Source: Chitinophagales bacterium
GTDB lineage: Bacteria > Bacteroidota > Bacteroidia > Chitinophagales > LD1
Assembly: GCA_046329535.1 (NCBI GenBank)
Contig: JAXLUN010000004.1
Coordinates: 76,443 to 140,442, forward strand
DNA: 64,000 nucleotides
Reading direction: 5' to 3'
Numbering within the stretch: position 1 is the stretch's first letter; each line of letters opens with the position of its first letter. Below the pieces are notes generated by a model. It searched no databases. It saw nothing but the letters and a program-made list of their open reading frames with translations, and was not told the origin of the DNA. Position numbers and translations under genes: made by a program. Below are positions 9,901 to 20,432 of this stretch, one piece after another.

Positions 9901-12699
9901 TTAGTTACTTGATAGCTGATGTAAAACGGCTCGTATATTCGCATCATTCGGATTGATTTCAGCCGCTTTTTGAAAATATACCCGAGCACTGTCTTTTTGA
10001 TTAGTATTAAGATACGTTTTGGCAATGTTCACGGTAGGTTCAAATGCGGATGGAAACATAGCCAGTGCACGCTTGTTAACCTCAATGGACTTGTCGTATT
10101 GCTTTATACCAAAATAGGCAAAACTTAAATTGGCATATACTTCTTTCTGAGATTTATATTTAGTCAGAAACTTTTCGTAATACGGAATGGCGCGTTCTAT
10201 ATTGCCTTTATTATGTAGTATTAACGCCATGCTGAAACACGGTGCAACGAACGAGCTATCAATTTTCAGTGTATTCTCGAATGCTTCAAATGCTTCATCA
10301 GGTTTACCCAGGGCTTCATAGCACCTTCCCATGTCAAAAGATGCATTCAGATACTTAGGGTAAATTTCGAGGGCACGTTTGAAATGCGGGATGGCCTGTT
10401 CTCTTAATTCCTTTTGTTTTACAGGGTCTGCTTGTTTAGTAGCCTCCAGGTATAGGTGAAGAGCTAGGAGATTCTGTGCCTGGGCTGAGTTTTCTACTAC
10501 GGAAATATCTTTACTAAACAATGTAACCCTATCTTTCCAGTCAAAGTTTCGTGCGAAGGTCATTCCCGAGTATAGAAACAGAATTGAGAATACGGCTATC
10601 CTCAAACTTCTATTCATATCAAAGAAACTCAATTTTGTATGGGTGAAATCTTGCTTAAATAGTCGTAGAAGAATAAATGCTAACACTATGCTGAACCCTA
10701 TTGATGGAATCAGTAAAAAGCGATCTCCCATCATACCCGGAATAGGCACAAATAGAGTAGAGTAAATGGAAATTGCTGACAGATAAAAAACGATACTATA
10801 TGAGATTATGGCCCATCGGTTAATTAGAAAAAGTGCTATCAAAAACAACGAAAGATGTACGAGTAAGCTGAACAGGGGGATGATGTCAAGAATGTTTACT
10901 GGTGTAATGAATGCATAGCCGTAATAGTAGCTCATTGGATATCCGATCACTTCGCGTTGTAAATATTTAATTAGAATATCGAAAGCAGTGCCAATACGAA
11001 TAGATATCGGGTCTGTTTCGTTTACCGGAATTTCAATGAATTTCAAAGGTCGTTTAGCGTCTACCGGAGTTAAGTCAATGGATTTTGTAAAGCTTACTTC
11101 TTCAATGCGGTCAGAAATACGTAAGTCTATTTTCTTTACATGTATTTTAGGATAGTTAAGTGCAATGACAAGACCTAAAGAAATTAAAGTGAGTAAAGGA
11201 GTGGTTTTTTTGAATGCTTCTCGATTTTTCCACAAATAAAGCGATGAACCAATTGCCATCATCAACAAAGAAAGCCAGATGAAATTGGACTTAGTACCGT
11301 TGATTACCGGATAGAGATTTCTCAGTGCCCAAAGCACAGCAATAACCGGTAATATGATTTGCGCAGGTTTTAGTTTCAAGTTCCAGTATCCTGCAAATAC
11401 AACCATAGTTAAAGGGAAATACGAATGAACGAAAACAATGGATAGCAGAGCGTATATAGCATAACTGAATATAGAAACTGTTTTGAGTCGTTTATCAGTG
11501 GATAGAAAGTAATTATGTAGCAAGATCATCAGTGCTGCATCTAAGGTTGAGGCAGCAATATGATATCTAATCAGAAAGGTGGTTGAAATTGCAGTAATAG
11601 CCGGAATCAGAAGGATTCTGTATGTCGGATTCAGAAATGTATATGCTGCAATCAAAAGTACGGCAGGTACTATTATCAAAATAATGTTGGATACATAAAC
11701 TCCCACACCTGCGGATATGCAAATAAGAATGATTAATAAGGAGGTCAATCCCAAACGATAGCCTTTCAAAGGAGTGTATGAATGTTGTTCCTTACCAATA
11801 GAAATTTCTTCGTTAGTATTTGTTTTGGAGGAAGTAATTGGTTTAAGAATTGCCTTCATTTTTTTTAAATCAAATAGAGAGTTTCGAAGCGCATAGAAAA
11901 AAGTTAATGCGCTTATTATAGCCAGTAGTAGGAAAACTTGATGTTTTAAGTAATACAGGCGGGCAAAAACTATGGCAGGAATGAATAATGTCAACGTAAT
12001 AAGTAGTATAGTTCTATAAGATGCTTTGGTGAGCATGACCAGTGTAAATGGGACTATAAACGCGAATATGGATGCAGATGGTTTTGACAACATACCGAGT
12101 AACATGGCTAAAGAAGCCATAACCCAATTTCGCCAATTCTTATCTGCTGAGTATTTAAGCGCAAAAAGTAAAGATGACAGGCAAAACAGAAGCACTAAAA
12201 TTTCATCCCGATTTTTGATGCTGGCAACCACTTCGGTGTGAATAGGATGTGCCGCAAACAAAACTGTAATGAGTATTGGTATGAATCTGTTAACATCATT
12301 CAGTAGAAGGATTAATACATACAACAGGAGTGTGCAGGCTAAGGAGTATAGTAGAACGTTGACCAGATGACTCATAAATGGATTATCTCCCCAAATGGAA
12401 TGTTCAATGGCAAAGCTTACCAGTACAATGGGTCTGTATTCATATTTGTAGCCGGAATTATCGGAGTAGTATGGGCTATTGAAAATTTCAGGTATAGCAC
12501 TTATTCCTTGTGATGTTAACCGATGATTTTGTGTTACCAACTCATCATCCAGATTGTAGCCGTTAAAGATGGAGTTGAAATAGATTGCAAAACTGAAAAG
12601 GAAAATAACAGTATACGGATTCCTGAAAAATGTATTGAAATCAAACCCTGTCGATTCAACTTTAGGAAGGTTAGGTTTGGTATTTTTCTTAGTAGCCAT
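9901..12699 (-). CDS. TMTC/PMT-like polytopic membrane protein with C-terminal TPR repeats (putative protein O-mannosyl-/glycosyltransferase)
   Basis: 932 aa. The first ~700 aa form a multi-TM domain with a YRPIVLVSFAIEHSIWGDNPFMSHLVNVLLY segment (DUF1736/TMTC-like). The C-terminal ~220 aa carry several TPR units (AxxYFxKALxIxP-type). Confidence 0.65.
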   Translation of the reverse strand: MATKKNTKPNLPKVESTGFDFNTFFRNPYTVIFLFSFAIYFNSIFNGYNLDDELVTQNHRLTSQGISAIPEIFNSPYYSDNSGYKYEYRPIVLVSFAIEHSIWGDNPFMSHLVNVLLYSLACTLLLYVLILLLNDVNRFIPILITVLFAAHPIHTEVVASIKNRDEILVLLFCLSSLLFALKYSADKNWRNWVMASLAMLLGMLSKPSASIFAFIVPFTLVMLTKASYRTILLITLTLFIPAIVFARLYYLKHQVFLLLAIISALTFFYALRNSLFDLKKMKAILKPITSSKTNTNEEISIGKEQHSYTPLKGYRLGLTSLLIILICISAGVGVYVSNIILIIVPAVLLIAAYTFLNPTYRILLIPAITAISTTFLIRYHIAASTLDAALMILLHNYFLSTDKRLKTVSIFSYAIYALLSIVFVHSYFPLTMVVFAGYWNLKLKPAQIILPVIAVLWALRNLYPVINGTKSNFIWLSLLMMAIGSSLYLWKNREAFKKTTPLLTLISLGLVIALNYPKIHVKKIDLRISDRIEEVSFTKSIDLTPVDAKRPLKFIEIPVNETDPISIRIGTAFDILIKYLQREVIGYPMSYYYGYAFITPVNILDIIPLFSLLVHLSLFLIALFLINRWAIISYSIVFYLSAISIYSTLFVPIPGMMGDRFLLIPSIGFSIVLAFILLRLFKQDFTHTKLSFFDMNRSLRIAVFSILFLYSGMTFARNFDWKDRVTLFSKDISVVENSAQAQNLLALHLYLEATKQADPVKQKELREQAIPHFKRALEIYPKYLNASFDMGRCYEALGKPDEAFEAFENTLKIDSSFVAPCFSMALILHNKGNIERAIPYYEKFLTKYKSQKEVYANLSFAYFGIKQYDKSIEVNKRALAMFPSAFEPTVNIAKTYLNTNQKDSARVYFQKAAEINPNDANIRAVLHQLSSN

Positions 12700-12711
12700 G
12701 AATGGGTGTTT

Positions 12712-13620
12712 TTAAAATCCTGCATTGGTTATCATCTCCCAAATGCTGAGTTTGATGTTGTCTATCAGAGATTCCTCTGCAAACAAGTCGGTATTCTTTA
12801 GTTCAGGCTTATGTTTTTTTAATACACTAAAGTATTTTTCATAAAAAGGGAAAAGCAGATTGTCATTACCTTTTACTATTTCGCGAATAGTCATACTGTT
12901 ATAATGAATAAACACAATTGGGAATACGCCATTAATGGTGGTAATTCCATTGTGTTGTTCCCTTCTGCATATTTCCATATTCCAGCCGGCAACGTTACAT
13001 CCTTTGTGTTTAATTATATGTGCCCCATCCTGTATAACCGGAATTAGGTCTAAGTATTTTTGGTCATCAAAAGTTCCACGCAATGAATTTTTTTCGCAGC
13101 GGTAAGCACAACAATCAGCCCACCAGTTTAAACTATCTGTTGCATCTTTATTTACTCCGATAAAGCCAGCATTATACAGGCCGACCCGAAAGTTGGCTTC
13201 TAACCAATTCTGATTTTTTTGGGGGTCGTGTTTGTAATGATGAGGCGTTAGTAGAAATGAATGCTTATCTAATAGATTGAAAAGAAATGTATAGTCTGAA
13301 TGAAAAGATAAATCATTATCCAGGTAAATTACTTTCACCGTATCTGGCTTTTCGAGCAGTTGGAGCAGAAAAACTGGTTTTAAACTCCAGCGTAGTTTGT
13401 TACTGTTTTTCCTGTATTTGCTAAGAATGATCTTTGTAGTTGTATTGGTGCTTAAATCCTGTAAACTGTAAAAAATACAATTAGGGTAAACGAAACTCTG
13501 ATTCGTATCTACTACTAAGACATGAAGCGAAAAATCGTGTTTTTGTTCTTTTAATGAATCTGCAAGTGCGTGTACCTTGTAAAGGTGACTTTGAGTAGTA
13601 ATGGTACAGAAGTGATTCAC
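12712..13620 (-). CDS. Putative GT-A-fold glycosyltransferase (nucleotide-diphospho-sugar transferase)
   Basis: 302 aa with the DxD motif YLDNDL after a beta-strand-like VIYLDND. It sits 12 nt upstream of the TMTC-like gene. Confidence 0.5.
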   Translation of the reverse strand: MNHFCTITTQSHLYKVHALADSLKEQKHDFSLHVLVVDTNQSFVYPNCIFYSLQDLSTNTTTKIILSKYRKNSNKLRWSLKPVFLLQLLEKPDTVKVIYLDNDLSFHSDYTFLFNLLDKHSFLLTPHHYKHDPQKNQNWLEANFRVGLYNAGFIGVNKDATDSLNWWADCCAYRCEKNSLRGTFDDQKYLDLIPVIQDGAHIIKHKGCNVAGWNMEICRREQHNGITTINGVFPIVFIHYNSMTIREIVKGNDNLLFPFYEKYFSVLKKHKPELKNTDLFAEESLIDNIKLSIWEMITNAGF

Positions 13621-13729
13621 AATGTGACCAAATTAAAAACTTATTTGTGTTCGGGTAATAATTTTGCGAAGTTCATATTTGGAAATATTATTTTAAGTAT
13701 CCTTTACATTAGTTCAACTATTATTGGGG

Positions 13730-15340
13730 ATGATTCCGGAAGATATACTGCAACAATATAACAAGGTAAGAGGACGCACGGATAAGACTATCTTATGTCA
13801 TGCCCCATTTACAAATATGAATTTTGAGCAGAATGGTAATATAACCGCTTGTTGCTACAATAGAACTCACGTTTTGGGCACTTACCCTAAACAGTCTATT
13901 CTTCAGGCCTGGACAGGTGAAAATGCGGAAGAATTGCGACAGTATATATTTGAAGGGAGTTTAGACGGAGGATGTGAATATTGCAAGGAACTTATTTTAA
14001 GTAAGAATTTCAGGGGGGCTAAGTCGTTATATTACGACTCCTATGCAAAGGTTCCTTTGTTTACCAACAAAATAGCTCATCTTTTTACTTCTAAAAAGGA
14101 GCAGAAACTTCCTTCAGTGTTAGAGTTTGAAATTTCGAACGTATGTAATCTGGAGTGTGAAATGTGTAATGGTTACTATTCTTCTTCAATCAGAAAAAAC
14201 AGAGAGCATAAACCCCCATTGGCAAATCCTTACGATGATGATTTTATAGAACAGGTTACCGAGTTAATGCCCTATGTGAAGGAAATGAAGTTTTTGGGTG
14301 GCGAACCTTTTCTGGTTGATTCATATCTGAAAATTTGGGAGCGTATCATAAATGTTAATCCCGAGATAACTGTTCATATTACAACTAACGGAACTGTCTT
14401 TAATAACAGAATTAAGGAGTTGCTACTTCGTTTAAACTGTTGCATTACAGTTTCATTGGACTCTTTAACTCCTTCGAATTACGAAAGAATCAGGACAGGA
14501 GCTAAGTTCTCAAGAGTAATGGATAATGTTCAGCAGTTTATAGAAATTTGCCGGCTAAAAGGTACTCCTTTTTCCATTGCTATTTGCCCCATGTCCATAA
14601 ACTGGCAGGAGTTGCCTGCTCTTGTGAAATTCGCTAATGAGCGCGATATAAATACTCACTATAATACAGTGTGGTACCCTGAGGAACTCTCAATAAAATC
14701 TTTACACCCTAAAGAATTGAGAAGGGTTGTTGACTTTCTGGTAAAAGAGAAGCTTGCTCTTGGTAAGTTAACCCGAATAGAAAAATTGAATCTGTCAAAA
14801 TACTCTGATGTAGTACAGAATATTAACCACTGGCTTAATGAGGCGGTGTCTAAGGCGAAGGCTGTTTACCCGATCAAAGTAGATGAGAAAACAATCATTG
14901 ACCTGCTACCCGTAGATAGTGCTTCTATGAAAATTGTTCTGCTGGTTTTGAAATATCAATTTGATATTATTGGCTCTAAGAATTATCCAGCTATTGATAA
15001 ACTTATTACTGATGAATTACCTCAGTTTGAAGATTATTCTTTGACTACCAATATACCTATAGACAAGTTAATGAGTCAGTTTGATAGCTTGCTATTTGCG
15101 CAATCATATCAGGATGCTTTGGCTGTGTTACAAAAAATATTTTTTCCTGAGTCGATAAATGTAAGTGATTTTGAGGCTAAAGTTACAGAATTCAAAAAAC
15201 TACTCCAGATGAACAGTAAAGTAGCTCCATTTATTGTTGAAAAAATATTGAATGGGCACCCTTTAGAGCAGATTCCTACTATAGCGAATCTATCCATCGA
15301 AAACCTGACGCAGGTAATTGCAACTTCTTATAATAAGTAG
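13730..15340 (+). CDS. Radical SAM protein with an N-terminal Cys-rich (SPASM/twitch-like) region and a long C-terminal helical extension
   Basis: CX3CX2C core NVCNLECEMCNG. Upstream cysteines are CHAPF..GNITACCYN and GGCEYCKE. The track start at 13724 is TTG; ATG at 13730 is preferred. Confidence 0.8.
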   Translation: MIPEDILQQYNKVRGRTDKTILCHAPFTNMNFEQNGNITACCYNRTHVLGTYPKQSILQAWTGENAEELRQYIFEGSLDGGCEYCKELILSKNFRGAKSLYYDSYAKVPLFTNKIAHLFTSKKEQKLPSVLEFEISNVCNLECEMCNGYYSSSIRKNREHKPPLANPYDDDFIEQVTELMPYVKEMKFLGGEPFLVDSYLKIWERIINVNPEITVHITTNGTVFNNRIKELLLRLNCCITVSLDSLTPSNYERIRTGAKFSRVMDNVQQFIEICRLKGTPFSIAICPMSINWQELPALVKFANERDINTHYNTVWYPEELSIKSLHPKELRRVVDFLVKEKLALGKLTRIEKLNLSKYSDVVQNINHWLNEAVSKAKAVYPIKVDEKTIIDLLPVDSASMKIVLLVLKYQFDIIGSKNYPAIDKLITDELPQFEDYSLTTNIPIDKLMSQFDSLLFAQSYQDALAVLQKIFFPESINVSDFEAKVTEFKKLLQMNSKVAPFIVEKILNGHPLEQIPTIANLSIENLTQVIATSYNK

Positions 15341-15343
15341 GTT

Positions 15344-16660
15344 TTATTTTGAATCAAATTTTACGATCAGTTTTTTGCAGGCTTCATTTAGCGGCACTAT
15401 TTGGAAAGAATTTTCAGGGTTGTTGATCATCCCCTTATCAGAAAAGATGAAGTGGTTAAAGATTTTTACATTTTTCCTTTTCCCGACTTTTTCCGGCACT
15501 AATTTTAAAAAGTAATAAAATACGTACGGGTCATTTATTGAGTTACGAGGAGTGAATGTGATGGATGAATGCCTCTTCCCGGATTGCCCTTTATAATGCC
15601 AGTTTTGATTATCGCAGGAGTAGTATATTCTATAAGATTCTTTACATTCAATAGTCATTTTAGTAATAGGATAGGGAAGGGTGTCGGATGCATAATAATA
15701 GTCTCTGCTACCACTGATTGGTTTAGATAGTTCAACTCTTTGGCTCAACAATCCCTCATTGTTATACAATGGTCCATTCTTTCTGACTACATCTATCCAG
15801 AACCATTTTTTTAGAAAATTAACCTGCTCGCAACTCATTTCAAGTATGTCGCCAGAGCGCAAAAGGATACCAGAATTGTAATTTTCTGTGGGATTGAGAT
15901 GTGAAGTCGAGATAAAGTTATCTGAGGTAGTAAGCAAAGCCTCTTTTGTTTTCCTGTTTCGGTAGCGGTCAAAAAAGAATTCAAGCTCATTATTCTTTTG
16001 GTCAATCACCTCTGTGTGTGTTGTTAGATACTCAATATCAGCAACCTCTTTATCCGCGTTAAGATAAATGAGTTTCTTATCTGAGTCGAACATGTGCCAA
16101 TTGTTATTGTAAAACATTTCTGCTACTACATGTCCATTCAGATTATAAATACGAGACTTAATACCAGCGATAGTGGCCAGTTTTGCTAGTGCAGTATTTC
16201 TATCATCACAATAGCCATATTCAAATGCATTGAGTAAAATAGCTGGTTCACTCTGCTGATTATTTGATTCAGACAAGGGTCGTTGATGATAGGTCCAATC
16301 AGCTACAAATTTCCAGAGCGCAAAACACTTTTGTTTTTCTGAAAGTGTATCATTCATTATTCCACGAACAATCGAGGAGTCATTATATAAGTCAAGCTTT
16401 GTGGGGGTGATGTAAAGCTCAGCGTTCTCATTAGAGGCGTTTTGTATGGTTAAAGTACCCTTTGAACAGCCAGGCACACGAATAGTATAGGCCCCATCAG
16501 AGTATGGAATAGTCTTGGTATATGTGTTTGACTCATCCTTACAGGAAGTAAAATTCATTGAAAGAATACAAACTATGCTTATAGCAGCAAAGTAAGACTG
16601 TCTTAAAGTTACTGGAGCACGAGATTTGTTCTTTATCTCCAAGGTAGCAGCTATATCCAT
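15344..16660 (-). CDS. Transglutaminase-fold (Cys-His-Asp) lipoprotein
   Basis: The core YGYCDDRN...GHVVAEMFY..WHMFD gives a C/H/D triad arrangement. There is a lipoprotein-like signal ISIVCILSMNFTSC. The track start at 16696 overlaps asnB by 46 nt, so Met at 16660 or 16672 is more plausible. Confidence 0.6.
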   Translation of the reverse strand: MDIAATLEIKNKSRAPVTLRQSYFAAISIVCILSMNFTSCKDESNTYTKTIPYSDGAYTIRVPGCSKGTLTIQNASNENAELYITPTKLDLYNDSSIVRGIMNDTLSEKQKCFALWKFVADWTYHQRPLSESNNQQSEPAILLNAFEYGYCDDRNTALAKLATIAGIKSRIYNLNGHVVAEMFYNNNWHMFDSDKKLIYLNADKEVADIEYLTTHTEVIDQKNNELEFFFDRYRNRKTKEALLTTSDNFISTSHLNPTENYNSGILLRSGDILEMSCEQVNFLKKWFWIDVVRKNGPLYNNEGLLSQRVELSKPISGSRDYYYASDTLPYPITKMTIECKESYRIYYSCDNQNWHYKGQSGKRHSSITFTPRNSINDPYVFYYFLKLVPEKVGKRKNVKIFNHFIFSDKGMINNPENSFQIVPLNEACKKLIVKFDSK

Positions 16661-18420
16661 TTTCTGTACCATGTTTCCATAACCGCTAACTTCCATAACC
16701 GCCAGTGATCCTTTGCGTTGAAAAGAACCTGGATGTATTGCTCATTCACAATTTTAGCTTCAACCAGTTTACTATTATTCAGTTGGTCTTTATACCAATC
16801 CATGTTCATATAATAAGTGTCCGGACCAACAAAGCCTTGTTTTTTACGATTTAATATTTCTTGAGGTAAATGATGTTTAATGTTTTGATAGAGCAGGTGT
16901 TTGGTCTCCTGTGGTTTATAATAAACGCGGGTATCTAATTGAAAAACAAATTCTGCAATTTCATGGTCTAGAAAAGGAACTCTTACTTCCAGCGAGTTGG
17001 CCATACTTGCCCGATCAATTTTTGTCAACACTTGTTCCCCCATGAAGTGTTTTACATCCAATAGCTGCATGGCTTTTAAGTCGGGTATTGAAAAATTATA
17101 TAAAGAACTATAAAACCACTCTGGGTCAGACTGAATATGCTGATGCAAATCGGGATGAAGCATTTTCCTCAATTCGGAATCATTGAAGCGTCCCATTGAC
17201 ATGCATTCTGCGTAATATTCCAGCACATAGGCCTTTTGTTTTGGCGAAAGGAGAGCCTTTATTCTGTCAAAAAGCGTTTGGTGTGGCTTGGTATAATCTT
17301 TTTGCCACTGATAGCCAACCAATATCTCATCACTGCCTTCACCACTCATTACTGCTTTTGTTTTTTTTGATGCTTCCTGACTAACGAGATAGGTGGGTAT
17401 AATAGAAATATCGCCAATAGGCTCATCGTATACCCATGCCAGATGATCTAAAATGTCCAGCGATTGAGATGAAAGAATAAGTGAAGTATGCTTGGTGTTG
17501 AATTTTTGGGAAACCATTTCGGCATAGAGATGTTCGCTCACATCCCAACCCTCAAACCCGATGGAGAAAGTATCAGGAGTATATCCGAATCTACTCAGAT
17601 AATATACGATGGCAGAACTGTCATAGCCACCACTTAAAAAAGCACCAATAGGAACGTCACTGCGGGCATGATTTTTTACAGATTGATACATCAGTTCATC
17701 AAACCGGACAATGGCCTCTTTGTCTGAAATTATTTTTTCGCTCAATGGGATTTCCCAGTATCTATGAATAGAAACATCACCGGTATTTTTTAAGAGCAAG
17801 TAATGAGCGGGTGGCAGTTTCTTTACTTCGTTCCAGATGGTTTTCGGACTGGGAACATATCGGTAAACAAAAAAATCGACAAAAGATGAATAGTCTAATG
17901 TAGTAGATACAGAGCGATTACTCTTTATTGCCTTTATTTCTGAAGCGAACACAAAATCTCCGTTCTGATTGTAGTAGTATACCGGTTTAATCCCAAACCT
18001 ATCTCTAGCTAGGAATAGTTGTTGGTTGCTTTCGTCCCAAATTGCAAACGCAAACATTCCTTTCAATCTGGATAAAACAGCAACTCCCCATTTATGATAC
18101 CCATGAAGAATAACTTCTGTATCTGTGTGAGAATGGAAAGTATACCCTAATTGTTTCAGTTCGTTTCGTAGTTCAATATAATTGTAAATTTCACCATTGT
18201 ATGAGATAAAGTTTTTGGCAGAAGATTCCATAGGTTGTTTCCCTGCAACACTTAAATCCAAAAAGGAAAGTCTCCGATGCCCCAAACCCACAGATGAAGA
18301 TGAGTTTAAGAAGATGCCTTCACCATCCGGGCCGCGGTGCTTAATAGCATCGTTCATTGCCTGTAAATCATCTACTGCTACAGGTTTTTGGAAGTTAATA
18401 TGACCGGTAATACCACACAT
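16651..18420 (-). CDS. asnB: Asparagine synthase (glutamine-hydrolysing)-type amidotransferase
   Basis: N-terminal nucleophile MCGI, a GATase-II domain, and the PP-loop SGGYDSS; 589 aa. Confidence 0.9.
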   Translation of the reverse strand: MCGITGHINFQKPVAVDDLQAMNDAIKHRGPDGEGIFLNSSSSVGLGHRRLSFLDLSVAGKQPMESSAKNFISYNGEIYNYIELRNELKQLGYTFHSHTDTEVILHGYHKWGVAVLSRLKGMFAFAIWDESNQQLFLARDRFGIKPVYYYNQNGDFVFASEIKAIKSNRSVSTTLDYSSFVDFFVYRYVPSPKTIWNEVKKLPPAHYLLLKNTGDVSIHRYWEIPLSEKIISDKEAIVRFDELMYQSVKNHARSDVPIGAFLSGGYDSSAIVYYLSRFGYTPDTFSIGFEGWDVSEHLYAEMVSQKFNTKHTSLILSSQSLDILDHLAWVYDEPIGDISIIPTYLVSQEASKKTKAVMSGEGSDEILVGYQWQKDYTKPHQTLFDRIKALLSPKQKAYVLEYYAECMSMGRFNDSELRKMLHPDLHQHIQSDPEWFYSSLYNFSIPDLKAMQLLDVKHFMGEQVLTKIDRASMANSLEVRVPFLDHEIAEFVFQLDTRVYYKPQETKHLLYQNIKHHLPQEILNRKKQGFVGPDTYYMNMDWYKDQLNNSKLVEAKIVNEQYIQVLFNAKDHWRLWKLAVMETWYRKWI

Positions 18421-18501
18421 GGCAACTTGTTTCTAAGCAATTATGACGCAAGATAAAAAATGCCATAAGTATGGAGTTTAACGCTAGTCATGCTGTAATT
18501 G

Positions 18502-19533
18502 TTAATACTGCTCCTTGTAGGTATCTTCATTAATTTGGAGATATTTCTTGTTCAATTTACTAGCAGCCTCAACAAACAAACCTGCTGTAAATTCTGGTGC
18601 ACCTGCCATAAAATTTCTGTTCTCACTGGAAAAATAAGCAAGACAAGGCCAGTTACATTTGTACTCTGGATGGTCAGCTATGTGCCGAACCAACAGCTCG
18701 GCTAACTCGGAATTTGTTTTAAAGTCAAGTAGCACATTAGCAGCCATTAATTGGAGCAGTATGTTTTCTGAATCATTTATCGTTCTAAAACGATTAGTTA
18801 ATCTTTCTGTAATAACTTTACCTACATCTCTAAAGTTCTTTATACCGTTAGCATATGCACGTGAAACATGGTAATATACCATCAGTTCATCGTAGTAGTA
18901 TTGAAGGCGCATATTGTTTGATGCAATCTGATAGTTAATGGCTTCAATGCATAAACTATTGCCATTCTCACCAAGATATAACAAAGCATTGGCGGCTACT
19001 GCAGGCTCACAGTCGCTGAATGTGAGAAATTGCACTAAGCGGGTTGGCAGAGAGTAAATGCAATCTTTTGCAAACTTCATACTCAGAACCGGGTTAAGTA
19101 CAAAGTTTGAAATTTTAGGTGTTAGCCATGTTTCAAAATAACCGTCTTTGTTTTTATTGTTCATTAATATTCTTCGATTGTCAATGTTGTAACCGAGTTT
19201 TGATAATACAAAAGATACCAAGCAGGTGTCATCCATATCAGTAGGAATGTGATGCTGAGCACTTTTTGCAGGCCAAAATCTCCAGTAGGCGTTCCTCTCT
19301 CTCTGAAGCCAGAGATAATCGGCTGCTCTCTTTATAGTAGGGCCTACTAAACTGTTCTCGGTTTGTAACAACGAGTACATCACATTTGCTGTAATAAAAG
19401 GAGAGTTATCGGGTAGCTTTGACCAGCCATCATTCGGGCGCACAACAGGATATGACTCGTATGTGGAAAAACTTCCGTCAGTATTCTGTTGTGAGAGAAT
19501 AAACTCTAACACTGGTGTTATGTCAATTCTCAT
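18502..19533 (-). CDS. Class II terpene-cyclase / prenyltransferase-repeat-like alpha/alpha-toroid protein
   Basis: 343 aa with a QW-like QQNTDGSF near the N-terminus. DMDDT is encoded at 19225-19239 (gat atg gat gac acc on the minus strand). This resembles the DxDDTA motif of squalene-hopene-type cyclases. Confidence 0.55.
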   Translation of the reverse strand: MRIDITPVLEFILSQQNTDGSFSTYESYPVVRPNDGWSKLPDNSPFITANVMYSLLQTENSLVGPTIKRAADYLWLQRERNAYWRFWPAKSAQHHIPTDMDDTCLVSFVLSKLGYNIDNRRILMNNKNKDGYFETWLTPKISNFVLNPVLSMKFAKDCIYSLPTRLVQFLTFSDCEPAVAANALLYLGENGNSLCIEAINYQIASNNMRLQYYYDELMVYYHVSRAYANGIKNFRDVGKVITERLTNRFRTINDSENILLQLMAANVLLDFKTNSELAELLVRHIADHPEYKCNWPCLAYFSSENRNFMAGAPEFTAGLFVEAASKLNKKYLQINEDTYKEQY

Positions 19534-19547
19534 AAATGCTTACAGAG

Positions 19548-20402
19548 TTATGTAGCTTTATATTCTTCAAATGAAGAGTGATATAAAAAAATACGATTGA
19601 AGAGCATTTGCAGAATGCCATAAACCCTGGTTTTGTTCGTGTCGGATATCTCAGTATATTTTACAGCATCCTCCGCTACTTTAGAAGAGGCGCTGCCTAC
19701 GCTGAGATTTCGGTAAAAACTGTCATCGGCATTATATTCATCTATCATGCCGGTTTCCCAATTCTTATGGTAAAATTTAGCCTGCGCATTTTTAGGTACC
19801 ACCACAAGTTGGACCGCATCGCGGTTAGAATTAGATTGATTGGCAGAAGTATAATGCAGCAGGGCATCATCAAAAACCACAAATTCACCAACTTTTAATT
19901 TTATTTCTACATGCAGCTTGTACAGAATATTTTGCGGTATGCCGCGAAATAGATAATCGTTACTGTTCAAGCCTCTTGGTTTTTTAAACAGAAGATGACT
20001 GTATGGGATAACATGCATAGTGCCATTTTCATGGTCGCAATTTTGAAGAGGGATCCAGATAGTGTAAGAACGGTTTTTTGATTCGTCAATATGTGACCAG
20101 TTTTGGTGTATCTCAACCTCTCCGTTTCCTGGTTTTTTGGTCCAGTAGTTAATCATTAATGGCTTGAAATCAGGAAGAATAAGTTGGAGTTCTTCTGTAA
20201 ATATAGATTTTACCTGTGTAAAAAGACTTTGCTTTTTCTGTAAATCTGTTTCAAATAAACTGGTGTCGTAATTGCAAAGTTCACGATTTAGGTTGTTTGA
20301 AAAATTAAACTCAATACTCTTTACGCACTGTTTGAGTTGCGATACAATATCTGTATTGCTCAATTTAAAAATTTGGTAGCCTCTTTTTTCAAGTGTAGTC
20401 AC
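19548..20402 (-). CDS. PhyH-family Fe(II)/2-oxoglutarate dioxygenase
   Basis: HxD in WSHIDE, GTMHVIPYSH (GxLxVIPGSH-like), and a distal His/Arg segment GEFVVFDDALLHYTSANQSNSNR. Confidence 0.7.
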   Translation of the reverse strand: MTTLEKRGYQIFKLSNTDIVSQLKQCVKSIEFNFSNNLNRELCNYDTSLFETDLQKKQSLFTQVKSIFTEELQLILPDFKPLMINYWTKKPGNGEVEIHQNWSHIDESKNRSYTIWIPLQNCDHENGTMHVIPYSHLLFKKPRGLNSNDYLFRGIPQNILYKLHVEIKLKVGEFVVFDDALLHYTSANQSNSNRDAVQLVVVPKNAQAKFYHKNWETGMIDEYNADDSFYRNLSVGSASSKVAEDAVKYTEISDTNKTRVYGILQMLFNRIFLYHSSFEEYKAT

Positions 20403-20432
20403 GTCTGTTTCTGTATTTATTGATAAGTATAT

